DNA of 64,000 bases, taken from Candidatus Gastranaerophilales bacterium. GTDB taxonomy: Bacteria; Cyanobacteriota; Vampirovibrionia; Gastranaerophilales; Gastranaerophilaceae. Each line of letters begins with the position of its first letter. Position 1 is the stretch's first letter. The notes beneath the pieces are model-generated. The model was given only the letters and a program-made list of their open reading frames with translations, was not told the origin of the DNA and did no database searches. The translations under genes and the position numbers were made by a program. The DNA lies in NCBI GenBank assembly GCA_947626225.1, contig CANQRH010000003.1:35363-99362 (forward strand). The letters run 5' to 3'. This document shows positions 26,939 through 36,740 of the stretch, piece after piece.

Positions 26939-27855
26939 TATTTCCCTGCCTTTATAATCTGAATGTTACGCGTTTCGGTAATTTCCTGACGCGCATCTTT
27001 GATAATCTCTCTTTTTTCTTCATCAAGTCTGCATCCGCAAACAAGCCTGTCAATAAACCCCGTATTAACTTTTACGGCTTTATCAAACGCTCCGACTTCT
27101 TCCAAAACATCTTTAATTTGATGTAAATCATAACCGAAAGATTGTTTTGAATTATAAACAAGTGTTTCTCCCGATTGCGAAATGAGCGGTTTCCCGCCGC
27201 GTTCAAAATAGAGTTTGAATACGGATTTCAAATCCTGCATCTCGGATTGCAATGCGGTAACTGTCTGCTGTATTCTTAAAAATCTTTCAAAAAGGTAATC
27301 AACATTGTCAAGCTGTTTAACTTCCCAATCGTATTTTTGAAGATAAAGCTCTTTAAGCTTCGGATAGCAAAGTGCTAAGCCCGTTGTATCCGCCATCGCT
27401 CTGTGATGATTGTTAAGCTCTACATTAAATTTTTCCGTCAAAGCTTCAAGTCCGTGAGAGGGCAGGTCGGGGAAAACCTCTTTGAACATCTGTTGAGAAT
27501 CAATTCTGGGATTTTGAATTTCCTTACCGCAAGTTCTGAGGCTTGCTTCATTGAGAAACGAATAATCAAAAATGCAGTTATGCGCCACAATCGGATAATC
27601 ACCGATAAACTCAAGAATTTTGGGCATTGCTTCCGCTTCGGTCGGTGCATCTTCAACCATATCGGGTGTAATCCCGTGAATTGCAATACTTGATTTTCTG
27701 ATATGCTGCTGAGGATTTATAAGGGTTTGAAATTCATCTTTAATCTTGCCGTTTTCAAGTCTTACGGCAGCAAACTCCACCAATCTTTCCTTCGTAAAAT
27801 CAAGTCCCGTAGTTTCCGTATCAAGTACGATTTCAATTATCTTTTTCCGTGCCAT
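26938..27855 (-). CDS. DEDDh 3'-5' exonuclease (DnaQ/PolIII-epsilon-like) with a C-terminal extension
   Basis: VLDTETTGLD, HNCIFDYSFL and HRAMADT exo motifs. Start moved to ATG 27855 because the upstream 78 codons of the listed ORF overlap trxA antisense. Confidence 0.75.
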   Translation of the reverse strand: MARKKIIEIVLDTETTGLDFTKERLVEFAAVRLENGKIKDEFQTLINPQQHIRKSSIAIHGITPDMVEDAPTEAEAMPKILEFIGDYPIVAHNCIFDYSFLNEASLRTCGKEIQNPRIDSQQMFKEVFPDLPSHGLEALTEKFNVELNNHHRAMADTTGLALCYPKLKELYLQKYDWEVKQLDNVDYLFERFLRIQQTVTALQSEMQDLKSVFKLYFERGGKPLISQSGETLVYNSKQSFGYDLHQIKDVLEEVGAFDKAVKVNTGFIDRLVCGCRLDEEKREIIKDARQEITETRNIQIIKAGK

Positions 27856-27940
27856 TTTCTTATCCTGTTGAATTCTATTAAGAATAATAGCACAAAAAAA
27901 AATTCTGTGGTAAAATAAATCCAAAAGGAGAGATAAAAAA

Positions 27941-28258
27941 ATGGCAGCAGATATTAGTGATTCAAGTTTTGAACAAGAAGTTCTGAAAAGTGAAATTCCG
28001 GTAGTGGTAGATTTTTGGGCACCATGGTGCGGGCCTTGCAGAAAATTGGGGCCGGTGCTTGATGAAATTGCTTCGGAATTTGAAAACAAAGTTAAGTTTG
28101 TAAAAGTAAATACGGATGAAAACTTAAAAACGGCACAAGATTATTCAATCAGCGGTCTGCCGAGCCTTTTGGTATTCAAAAACGGAAAAGCTCTTGAAAG
28201 ACTTGTCGGTTTAATGCCCAAATCCACCATAATTTCAAATATCGAGAAACATCTGTAG
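27941..28258 (+). CDS. trxA: thioredoxin
   Basis: WAPWCGPC active site, 105 aa. Confidence 0.95.
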   Translation: MAADISDSSFEQEVLKSEIPVVVDFWAPWCGPCRKLGPVLDEIASEFENKVKFVKVNTDENLKTAQDYSISGLPSLLVFKNGKALERLVGLMPKSTIISNIEKHL

Positions 28259-28261
28259 AAA

Positions 28262-31200
28262 TTATGCGTAATATTTTCTGTACAAACGATTTCTTGCTTC
28301 GGTATCAAGTTCAATAATTCTTTTTGCTTTTGCGGAAAGGGAAGTTTCGGGACGTGTTTTTTTCTTAGATTGTTCTGTATTGGATTGATTCATTATACCC
28401 ATAACACCGCTTACAACGTTCATAGCTTCGCCCGTTGTTTCTAAAATTTTATTCAATTTTTGACGTCTTTCAGATTTAATCTGAGCCTTACTTTTCTCTG
28501 TTTTAGAAGAATCGGGTTTCGTATTTTTAAGTTCATCGTCCGTTTTATTATCTGTTGTATCAGTAGGCTGTTGATCAACTTTTTCGCTATCGCCTATCGG
28601 TGCTTTTTCATTTTTCTCTGTAATATTCTGTTGTTCGTTATTTTGATTGTTTTGCGGATTATCGCCCGTTGAAGCTTCCGGTGCTTTGATAATATCTTCT
28701 GATGTTGTCTCAGATACTGCAGGCTGGTTGTTATTTGTCTGATTGTTAGCTGCATTTTGAAGTTCCTGTTGAGCCTGTGCAACTTCTGCAGGTGACATGC
28801 CTGTTTTATCGGAAAGTTCAACAATTTTATTTTCACTTGTTTTTGCTATAGATGCTGCTTCTTTTACGGCCGGCGAATTAGCGTCCGTATTAACAACGTT
28901 ATCCGGAATATTTGAATTGTCGTTTTTCGTTTCATCTTTTTTAGCATTTTGAGTTTCTTTGTTTTTCTTCGCTTCAGCTTTTTCTGCCTCTTTATTTTTC
29001 TTCGCTTCGGCTTTTTCTGCTTTTTTAGCTTCTTTTGATGACTGCTTTTCGGTTTCAGTTTTGTCTTTACCTTCAGTTTTGTTGCCGTCATTATTTTCAT
29101 CACCGTTATTTTCACCGTCATTGCCTTCGGCATCAGAGCCTTTAGGTCCGCTCATTAACGAATATGCACTTGATGCAAGGCTCATTGCTCCGCCTACCGT
29201 GCCTAAAATGTTTGCAATTTTTTCATTTCCGCCGAATTCGCTCATCAATTGGCTGGTAGATGACATTGCTGTACCGACAACACCTGCGATTTGCATAACA
29301 CCGTTCATACCGCTTTGTATACCGCCTGCAAGACTGCCTGCTGCTCCTGTTATTGATTGTGCTACACCTGCAACAGTAGCAATTTTACTCATTATACCGT
29401 TAGCTTCTTTACCTTGAACTGCTCTGACATTGTTTACCATTTGGGCTGTATTAGATACAATGCTAAGTCCCTGAGTAATACCTGTCATTACAGGTCCCAT
29501 AGCTGCTCCGGCACCTGTTACTGAAGTTGCTACGGATAATGCGGTAGATGCCAATCCCATCAATGCGCCGGCTAAATTACCGTTAGCAAGGTTAATTATG
29601 GCTTTTGTAACTCCGCATGCCGCTACACCTATTGTACCGACATTTATTAATATCGCACCTGCTGATGAAATAGCGGCACCGGCTGCTGCCGTAAACGGGT
29701 TTGATAATAATGGCGGAGCAATAATCTCAACCATTATCGTACCGGTACTGAGGGTAATATTGAATATGTTTTCCTGAATACCGACAATGCCTAATTGTTT
29801 TGCAAGTTTTTTCTGTTTTTCCTGCTCTTTCTTTTCGGCTTCTTTGATTTTTTTATCTCTGATTTTATTTTTCTTTTCAAATTGTTTATATCTTTTGTTA
29901 TTAGTTTTTTGTAAATTTTTCAGTTTTGCTTGATTTTTGGTAACTTTGCTGTTTGAAATTGTAAATTGATTAGCAAGCATTTCAATTTCCATGCCGTTTG
30001 CCTGCAATTCCTGTTCATGATTTGAACCACCGCCTGCCTGCATGGAAAATCCCGATGCAGCAGCCTGCTGACCGTTCATGGAAGCACCGACAGCCTGAGC
30101 ACTTGCGCCTGCAGCTTCATCTTCAGCCATCATTTGTTCATTAGCGGTTGAAAGTTCTTCATAACGGGCAAGCATTTCAGCTTGTTTTTTAATTTCTTCT
30201 TCAGATTCTTTATTAAGTTTTTCAATTTCTTTCTGATCCTTCTTCATTTCTTTTTCTAACTGCTTAGATTCTTTAAGAAGGGTTTTTTCATCTTTTTCGG
30301 TGTCGGATAATACTTTTTCGGAATCATTGGCGCTTTCCTGACCGTCGGCTGCAACATCGTCTACTGTATCTTGAGCTTTGTCGGTATCCATATTTTCTTC
30401 TTTATCTTCTTTTTTGGTTTCACCGGTTGAATCATTTCCGCTCAGATCACCGACTTCCTGAGTTGCATCTTGTGAATCTTCAACGGCATCATCAGGATTT
30501 TTTTCAGCTTCGGTTGTCGATACTTCGGCTGTTTCATCACCTGCATCCTGTGCTTCTTCAATCTCTTGTTCAGCATCCTGCGGTTCGGCAGATTCTGTAC
30601 TTTCAACAACTTCAGCAGCTTCATCAGTGCCGACAGGAGTATCAGCCGCAACAGCAACGGCTGTTCCTTCTTCCGGAGCAGATGCTGTTGTCATTGTCGG
30701 TGCTGCGGTTGTACCGGTTGTTACGGCTGCAGAGTCTGTAGTTTCACCTTCTGCCCCCGCTGCCGCTTCAGTCGGTTCGCCTTGAGCTTCTCCCGTTTCT
30801 TCGCCTTGTGCATTTTCTTGCATTACGTCTTCTGATTCTTCGCCGGTAACTACGGACATTTTATCTTTTACCGCGCTTAACGAATCTATTGCCCCAGGAA
30901 TTGCTTCTCCGGCTTTTTTAACCGAAGCATCAGCTTCATCAACCATTGAATCATCATCTGATACCACCATTGCCGCAGTACCGATAGCTATACTGATGAA
31001 ACCTTTCATTATCGTTGCTATACCGAGATTTATCAGCGCGATGGCATGTCCGTAAGCAAACGGTACGGAAAGTAATGCCATACCCATTTGATTTAACATG
31101 TTACCGAATTCTACCGTTCCGCCGCCTATCATTATCAAGGTTCCGCCGCAGTTGTTAATAAACTGCATTCTTTCGTTGTAATCAGGAATTTCTTTTTGAG

Positions 31201-32944
31201 CCAGCTGTTGATTAGCTTCAAAGTTTCCGGCTTCTTCACCGATTTTGGTATCAATAGTATTGATTTCTTTTGATAAACCGGAAGTTGTATCAGCTTTATC
31301 CTGAACGGTTTCCTGCTGAATTTCGGCAATACGTGCATTGTTGGCTACGATAATTTCTTTTTGCTGTTTAATTTTTTCTTTTGTTTCATCGTCGTATTCG
31401 GGTTCTTCTTCATCTTTGTCTTTTTTACCCTGAATAATCTTTTTGTCAACTTCTTCAGCGGACATACCGGTTATATCTTCGAGTTCTTTTGTAGCTTTTT
31501 CATTTTCTTTTTCAAGATTTGCAATTTCTTCCTGACGGACAGCTTCTCTTTCTTCAAATTCACCGATAACCTTAGTAACAATTTTATCGACAGTTTGTGC
31601 AATTTTAGTATCCTTTTGTCCTGCAAGTATAAATTTCAACTGTTCTTTTATCATTGCTTTTGATTCTTCGTTTATCGCATTTGCTTCATCTATCAAACGA
31701 AGAACACTTTCATCAGTTACAACGAATGAAGTCTTTTCTTCTTTATTTTCTGTACTGTCTTCCGCATTTTCATCGCTTCCTTCTGCAGCGCCTTCCTGCA
31801 TTTCAACTTCTTCTCCTTCGCCTTCAATCGTTTCAGCGGAGCCGACCTTGATATCAAGAACTTCTCCGATATCCATTGCCGAAGCTTGTGATTCTTCCAT
31901 GTATTCTTTCGTATCATTACCTATTTTGACTGAATCATTAGCAAGAGATTTACCCTGAATCATTGCGACAATTGCTCTGAAAAATCCGATTTGACCTGCT
32001 ACTTCTTGGCGGGTGTGTTTACGATTTGTTTTAGAAATGTAATAAGTAAGTGTATCACCTATTTCAACAGTTTCATCGGCAAGTTTTTCACCAAGTGCCG
32101 CAATAATATTTATTTCGGTCAGTTTGTTTGAAAGTTCAGTATCGTTAAGTTTCATGCCTTTGTTGTCATCTTCTTTGGCATTCAACTGTTTTGAAAGTTC
32201 TTCATAACGTTTGCTTTCGCTGTCACTCAAGGCATTGCCGTTGTTGATTTTATCCTGAAGCGACTTCCATTCTCTTACCATACCTTCGTATTCTTCAAGT
32301 GAACTTCTGATATCTTTCTGATTTTCCTGAAAAGCTTTTTTCTTCTTTTCCTGTTCGGGTAGAATTTCTTGAATTAAGTCATCAACTTTTTCGTTTGTTT
32401 GTTCACATTCTTCAATATTTTTCTTTGCTTTAGGGATAAGAGCTAAAAAGGGTTCTTTTTCCGTAGGTTCTTCGGCATTTTCATCCGTTTCCTCAGCACT
32501 GTTAATATTTGCTCCGGAAGATTCATAAATCGTATGAGCGATGTCCAAGACATCCTGAGGAATGCACACACCTTCATTTTCCATTTGAATAATTTCTTCA
32601 GCGGAATATTGCGCCCATTGGGGATCCATAATTAAGCCGTTTTCTTTGGCATAAGCATCAAGCGTATATTTTATTTGATTTAAAACATTTTGTACATCAG
32701 AATAATTGATGATGTATTCACCGTCTTCATTTAAATAACCTTCCAATTCCAAGCCGTAGCCTGAAGGTACAACTATATTATAACCCGTTTCATCCTTGTA
32801 ATATTGCTCAAACTCACTCTTTTGCTTATCATCCATATTCTCGTAAAGAGTCAAAGCATCATCATACGAAATCTTTTTACCGTATATTTCAAGGTAAAAA
32901 TTTTGAAATATTTCAAATTTGTTTGGTATTCCGCTGATTGCCAT
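28262..32944 (-). CDS. large (1560 aa) hypothetical protein with coiled-coil/acidic low-complexity regions and two Gly/Ala-rich hydrophobic blocks
   Basis: Uninterrupted 4.7-kb ORF. Blocks CGGTLIMIGGGTVEFGNMLNQMGMALLSVPFAYGHAIALINLGIATIMKGFISIAIGTAAMVV and IIAPPLLSNPFTAAAGAAISSAGAILINVGTIGVAACGV...GGAMSLASSAYSLMSG. Long E/K/D/T-rich stretches. Confidence 0.8.
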   Translation of the reverse strand: MAISGIPNKFEIFQNFYLEIYGKKISYDDALTLYENMDDKQKSEFEQYYKDETGYNIVVPSGYGLELEGYLNEDGEYIINYSDVQNVLNQIKYTLDAYAKENGLIMDPQWAQYSAEEIIQMENEGVCIPQDVLDIAHTIYESSGANINSAEETDENAEEPTEKEPFLALIPKAKKNIEECEQTNEKVDDLIQEILPEQEKKKKAFQENQKDIRSSLEEYEGMVREWKSLQDKINNGNALSDSESKRYEELSKQLNAKEDDNKGMKLNDTELSNKLTEINIIAALGEKLADETVEIGDTLTYYISKTNRKHTRQEVAGQIGFFRAIVAMIQGKSLANDSVKIGNDTKEYMEESQASAMDIGEVLDIKVGSAETIEGEGEEVEMQEGAAEGSDENAEDSTENKEEKTSFVVTDESVLRLIDEANAINEESKAMIKEQLKFILAGQKDTKIAQTVDKIVTKVIGEFEEREAVRQEEIANLEKENEKATKELEDITGMSAEEVDKKIIQGKKDKDEEEPEYDDETKEKIKQQKEIIVANNARIAEIQQETVQDKADTTSGLSKEINTIDTKIGEEAGNFEANQQLAQKEIPDYNERMQFINNCGGTLIMIGGGTVEFGNMLNQMGMALLSVPFAYGHAIALINLGIATIMKGFISIAIGTAAMVVSDDDSMVDEADASVKKAGEAIPGAIDSLSAVKDKMSVVTGEESEDVMQENAQGEETGEAQGEPTEAAAGAEGETTDSAAVTTGTTAAPTMTTASAPEEGTAVAVAADTPVGTDEAAEVVESTESAEPQDAEQEIEEAQDAGDETAEVSTTEAEKNPDDAVEDSQDATQEVGDLSGNDSTGETKKEDKEENMDTDKAQDTVDDVAADGQESANDSEKVLSDTEKDEKTLLKESKQLEKEMKKDQKEIEKLNKESEEEIKKQAEMLARYEELSTANEQMMAEDEAAGASAQAVGASMNGQQAAASGFSMQAGGGSNHEQELQANGMEIEMLANQFTISNSKVTKNQAKLKNLQKTNNKRYKQFEKKNKIRDKKIKEAEKKEQEKQKKLAKQLGIVGIQENIFNITLSTGTIMVEIIAPPLLSNPFTAAAGAAISSAGAILINVGTIGVAACGVTKAIINLANGNLAGALMGLASTALSVATSVTGAGAAMGPVMTGITQGLSIVSNTAQMVNNVRAVQGKEANGIMSKIATVAGVAQSITGAAGSLAGGIQSGMNGVMQIAGVVGTAMSSTSQLMSEFGGNEKIANILGTVGGAMSLASSAYSLMSGPKGSDAEGNDGENNGDENNDGNKTEGKDKTETEKQSSKEAKKAEKAEAKKNKEAEKAEAKKNKETQNAKKDETKNDNSNIPDNVVNTDANSPAVKEAASIAKTSENKIVELSDKTGMSPAEVAQAQQELQNAANNQTNNNQPAVSETTSEDIIKAPEASTGDNPQNNQNNEQQNITEKNEKAPIGDSEKVDQQPTDTTDNKTDDELKNTKPDSSKTEKSKAQIKSERRQKLNKILETTGEAMNVVSGVMGIMNQSNTEQSKKKTRPETSLSAKAKRIIELDTEARNRLYRKYYA
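28957..29022 (-). repeat. 2 x 33-bp tandem repeat inside the 1560-aa gene (encodes KEAEKAEAKKN twice)
   Basis: + strand ctttgtttttcttcgcttcagctttttctgcct / ctttatttttcttcgcttcggctttttctgctt. Confidence 0.85.
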
Positions 32945-33127
32945 AGTTGTTCCCTTTTAATATTTTTATCGGCATTTTTTGTAATGAACTTTAACGATTA
33001 GAACGGGATTTTTAAGAAAATTTACAAATCGTAACACTATGAACAAAATTTTTTTATTTTTGATACTATGAGAAAAATCAGCAAAAAATTTTTTGTTCAG
33101 GTTTTAAAATAAAAAAAGGATTTTACA

Positions 33128-33991
33128 TTGCAAAGCACTATCTCAAAAAATTATACGGATTCCGCTAAAAGTTTTCTGCAATCGCAAACAAATCTCTGTC
33201 TTTACATTGAAAAAAGACTTAACCGAATTTTATATGAAGAAAGAAACGGTAAAAATTCGATTTTTGTAAAAGTAAAACCGTCCGCAGTTCATAAAATGGC
33301 GTTATTTTTGTCAGGAACAGTTACGAGAGCTTGCGCCATCGGTATTGCGGGTGAAACGGCAAGCGGAAAATCAACTATCGCATACGATATAATCAGCACG
33401 ATTGAAGATTTTGCGGAAGAATTCAATATTAAAAATGCAATTACACGCATTAACACCGACGATTACTACTACGACCGTTCGGAAATGGTTAAAAAAGCGG
33501 GAAGTTTCGCCGAATTTGCAAAACATTACGACCTTGATGTACCGGAAGCACTGGAACTTGAGCTTATGAAAAAACATATCAAGTCACTTTTGTTTGGTGA
33601 CACGGTATTCCTGCCGGAATACGATATGTCGGGAACGGCAATCAGACGCGATAATGTCAAACTTGCACAACCTTCAAAAATCATTATCTCGGAAGGTTTG
33701 TTCACCCTTACAAGTAAAATTGCCGATGCATTTGATTTTAAAATTTATGTTGATGTTACAAAAAATGTCCAAAAAGAAAGATTTTACAGACGTGCGCAGG
33801 AAAGAAACTTAGGCGATTCGGCGGATGAAGTTTACAAAAATGCTTCTCAAAAAGCACAAACATATATTCATCCGACAGCCGCAAATGCCGATATTATTTT
33901 GTCAGGCGAAGCCGACAGAGCAGCTTACAGACAATTTATCATTCAAATTCTTGCTTTGATAAAAGAAATTTATTTTAACACGGAATCTTAA
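33128..33991 (+). CDS. uridine kinase / phosphoribulokinase-family P-loop kinase
   Basis: IGIAGETASGKST P-loop, IIISEGLF, and PRK/UDK family length. TTG start. Confidence 0.55.
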   Translation: MQSTISKNYTDSAKSFLQSQTNLCLYIEKRLNRILYEERNGKNSIFVKVKPSAVHKMALFLSGTVTRACAIGIAGETASGKSTIAYDIISTIEDFAEEFNIKNAITRINTDDYYYDRSEMVKKAGSFAEFAKHYDLDVPEALELELMKKHIKSLLFGDTVFLPEYDMSGTAIRRDNVKLAQPSKIIISEGLFTLTSKIADAFDFKIYVDVTKNVQKERFYRRAQERNLGDSADEVYKNASQKAQTYIHPTAANADIILSGEADRAAYRQFIIQILALIKEIYFNTES

Positions 33992-34418
33992 CGACTACTT
34001 TTTTAACTTCACGCGGAGAACCGTTGCATATTTGCGGTTTGTGAGCTTCGTGCGGATAAATTAACACAAACTTACGGGGTTCAAGCTGAATGGTGTCTGC
34101 AGGCTTCAATCCATCCGCAAAAAACATTACGTCACGATTTTTATCATATTTCTGAGATATTTCCAAACCTTCTATTGATGTGCAGTCAAGTCTTTCATTC
34201 CCTCTCAAAATCATTTGAATATCAATATATTTTTTATGAGCCTCAAATCTGCATTCATCAAAGGGTTTTGTTGTATAAACATCAATGTTTGCATAAGACT
34301 TTCCGTCCGTTTCATAATGTCCCGTTTCGGAATTTTCATCCAAACTGAGTAAAAAATTTTTGATACTTTCCGAAATCTCCCTGTACTGAAAAATATTTTC
34401 CAAACTGTCTGTTATCAT
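33975..34418 (-). CDS. YhcH/YjgK/YiaL (DUF386) family protein
   Basis: EAHKKYIDIQMILRGNE...YPHEAH pattern, about 150 aa. Confidence 0.65.
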   Translation of the reverse strand: MITDSLENIFQYREISESIKNFLLSLDENSETGHYETDGKSYANIDVYTTKPFDECRFEAHKKYIDIQMILRGNERLDCTSIEGLEISQKYDKNRDVMFFADGLKPADTIQLEPRKFVLIYPHEAHKPQICNGSPREVKKVVVKIPC

Positions 34419-34429
34419 TTTTTCTCTCC

Positions 34430-35971
34430 TTAATCAACTATAGTTATTCTCTTGTCATCAATTATATCAATCGGTTCTTTGTGTTTTGCAAAAAAGTTTT
34501 CCACACATTTGCAAACATCAAAATCAAAATATTTTTCCGCTTTGTCATACTTATTAAGCATTGTAAAACCGTCATGTCCCTGTGCATAAAAATCGGTAAT
34601 AGCGGTTCTGTAAAATTTGTCAGTTCTCGGATTTTCTATATCTATAGGTGTTTCAACGCCTGATTTGTCAATATAAACAGCGGATTTTAACTTTCCGTCT
34701 TTTGATATAGCATATTTTAAGCCGGAAACATGAAAAATACCCGGTTTATTGTTAGTGCTGACCATAGAACTTGCCGAAACTTTAAGAGCATCAACAATAT
34801 CTTTTTCCGAATAATTTACAATTACCAAATTGTTTTTAAATGGTGAAACATCTTCAAGCCATCTGGTATCAAGTTTGCCTGCCTCAAAGTATCCTCTCAT
34901 GGTTGCAGAGCCGAATAATGCAATATCGGTATCAAGTTCCGATTTCATACAGTCGCATAAGAAATTTGCATGCCCGCTGGGTTCAATTGAGCCGTTTTGA
35001 GGTGGCGGAGGAACAGACTTTATTATACCCACAACTTTAGGTTTGCCCAAAATTCCTTCAAATAAGTATCTTGCAACAGGGTTGCGCTTAAATCCTCTCG
35101 TGCTTGTAACATTGTTCTGAATTTTTGTCATAATCCCGTTTTTATCCCACTCGACATTTAAAATGCCGAAATATCTGCCGTCTCTGCCTGCCTGAGTAAT
35201 AACAACAGGTTCGCCTGATTTGGAATTAAAGAGGTTATAACCGGCTTTTACATCCGTTATATAATCGTGGGAATGACCGCCCAAAATTATGTCTATACCG
35301 TCTGTTTCTTTTGCTATACGCTGATCATAGCCGAAGCCTACATGGGACAGAAGTATAATTTTGTTTACACCGTTTGCTTTTAACTTATTCACTTCCTGCT
35401 GAATATCATCAATTGTATCGTTAATGTTATCGATTTTTACCTCATCAAAAAGTTTGGAATATTTGAGTCTGGAAAGTAAATCAACCGGAGTAACACCTAT
35501 TATACCGTATTTTGTACCGTTAACTTGCTGAATATAAGATTTTTCAACCTTTTTTGACAGCGGATTGTTTGGTGCTATATCAATGTTGCACGCCAAAAGT
35601 TTATATCCCATGTGCGGTATTAATTCCTGAATATAATCGGGAGTATCATATTCATGATTACCCATAGCCGAAGCCATTATACCCATAATATTCTGTGCTT
35701 CAACCATTACATGATTGGTATTCAAAGGTTCACCCAATTGAATATCTCCCGATGAAAGTTTTAAAACATCAGTATTTTGACGGACAAATGAATCAAAAGC
35801 GTTAGATGCGGTGATTGTTCTTTCCACATTAATTGATTTCCCGTGAATATCGTTAATATAAAAAATACTCGTTTTGTCGTTATTTTGACCGCTAAAATTT
35901 GTAGAATCCCCATGCAATTTCCGAGAAATTGCTTTATTAAGCAAATTCGATTGTGTATTTATTACAATCAT
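34430..35971 (-). CDS. bifunctional metallophosphatase / 5'-nucleotidase
   Basis: INDIHG, GNHEYD and GGHSH metallophosphatase motifs with a C-terminal 5'-NT domain. Start chosen at ATG 35971 (AAGGGA SD). The listed ORF extends to 36085. Confidence 0.8.
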   Translation of the reverse strand: MIVINTQSNLLNKAISRKLHGDSTNFSGQNNDKTSIFYINDIHGKSINVERTITASNAFDSFVRQNTDVLKLSSGDIQLGEPLNTNHVMVEAQNIMGIMASAMGNHEYDTPDYIQELIPHMGYKLLACNIDIAPNNPLSKKVEKSYIQQVNGTKYGIIGVTPVDLLSRLKYSKLFDEVKIDNINDTIDDIQQEVNKLKANGVNKIILLSHVGFGYDQRIAKETDGIDIILGGHSHDYITDVKAGYNLFNSKSGEPVVITQAGRDGRYFGILNVEWDKNGIMTKIQNNVTSTRGFKRNPVARYLFEGILGKPKVVGIIKSVPPPPQNGSIEPSGHANFLCDCMKSELDTDIALFGSATMRGYFEAGKLDTRWLEDVSPFKNNLVIVNYSEKDIVDALKVSASSMVSTNNKPGIFHVSGLKYAISKDGKLKSAVYIDKSGVETPIDIENPRTDKFYRTAITDFYAQGHDGFTMLNKYDKAEKYFDFDVCKCVENFFAKHKEPIDIIDDKRITIVD

Positions 35972-36044
35972 GCGGTTCCCTTTAGCATGAAACCGCATAA
36001 AAATATTTTTTGCCAGATTAATAATAAAATATTTACAAAAATTA

Positions 36045-36281
36045 TTATTCAAACTCCATTGTTTGAATTTTCCAATGTTTAGCAAGCTCCTGTTTCAGAA
36101 GTTCCGCATCACCCCGCACTTCCAATAAGACAATCCCTCTGTTAAGGCAAATATCCTGTTCCGACGGATGAAGTCCGATTCTGGTTCTGATTTCACATCC
36201 GAATTCGGTTGCGATACGCTGAAATTCAAGCGCTGTTTCAATTCGGTTTTCAAGGCTTACACCGATTATAACAACTGTCAT
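36045..36281 (-). CDS. small ACT-like protein (resembles the TM1266 iron-only-hydrogenase-system regulator family)
   Basis: MTVVIIGVSLENRIETALEFQRIATEFGCEIRTRIGLH...IVLLEVRGD. Start at ATG 36281 preceded by GGAGA. Confidence 0.4.
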   Translation of the reverse strand: MTVVIIGVSLENRIETALEFQRIATEFGCEIRTRIGLHPSEQDICLNRGIVLLEVRGDAELLKQELAKHWKIQTMEFE

Positions 36282-36305
36282 AATTTCTCCTATAACCGAA
36301 TAATG

Positions 36306-36346
36306 CAAAAAAAACTCAAAAAATAACACCCTCTGTCGGGTGTTAT
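36306..36346 (-). terminator. rho-independent terminator after 36354-36662
   Basis: Minus strand ATAACACCC-GACAGA-GGGTGTTAT followed by TTTTTTGAGTTTTTTTT. Confidence 0.7.
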
Positions 36347-36353
36347 GTATTGG

Positions 36354-36662
36354 CTATTCAGCCTCATCCATAGCTTGAAGCTGTTTTTTCTTGTAATTGT
36401 GAATTACCGCATCTACAAGAAGCTCATAAGATTTCATTTTCTCAATATTAGGAAATTCTTCTTTGAGCTGTTGTCTGACCATTGCTTCCAGCTTACGTTC
36501 GTCAGAGCTTGATTTCAATTCGTCCACACCGCTAATCATACTGATATAATCCGCAGACGATTTGTTTTTATTAAAATTCATAAAATTCAGCCAGCGAAAT
36601 TTAGGGCTGATTTGTGATTGCAATTGTTTTACAATTTTTAAGTTTTTAAAACGATTTAACAT
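36354..36662 (-). CDS. hypothetical protein
   Basis: ORF only. It is followed by a terminator. No motif recognised. Confidence 0.4.
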   Translation of the reverse strand: MLNRFKNLKIVKQLQSQISPKFRWLNFMNFNKNKSSADYISMISGVDELKSSSDERKLEAMVRQQLKEEFPNIEKMKSYELLVDAVIHNYKKKQLQAMDEAE

Positions 36663-36740
36663 TTTCTACACCTGCTTGTACTATTTTAAAGTATCCTGAA
36701 AAAAATAATTTACTATTTTACAAATATTATTTACGAATCT

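Noticed and set aside
27894-27902. A9 run in the divergent exonuclease/trxA promoter region as a possible promoter-spacer phase switch
   Set aside because: Poly-A of this length is common in AT-rich intergenic DNA. I could not place it between convincing -35 and -10 elements.
27856-28089. N-terminal 78 codons of the listed 383-aa ORF (26938-28089)
   Set aside because: This part overlaps trxA on the opposite strand and the intergenic promoter region. The exonuclease domain starts right after ATG 27855 (MARKKIIEIVLDTETTGLD), so the gene was shortened.
28460-32000. Listed ORFs on both strands inside 28262-32944 (for example 28959-29417 on the plus strand, and 28594-28836 and 28864-29133 on the minus strand)
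   Set aside because: They are frame shadows of the long, compositionally biased 1560-aa gene. Their K/R- or F/L-rich products are typical translation artefacts of low-complexity DNA.
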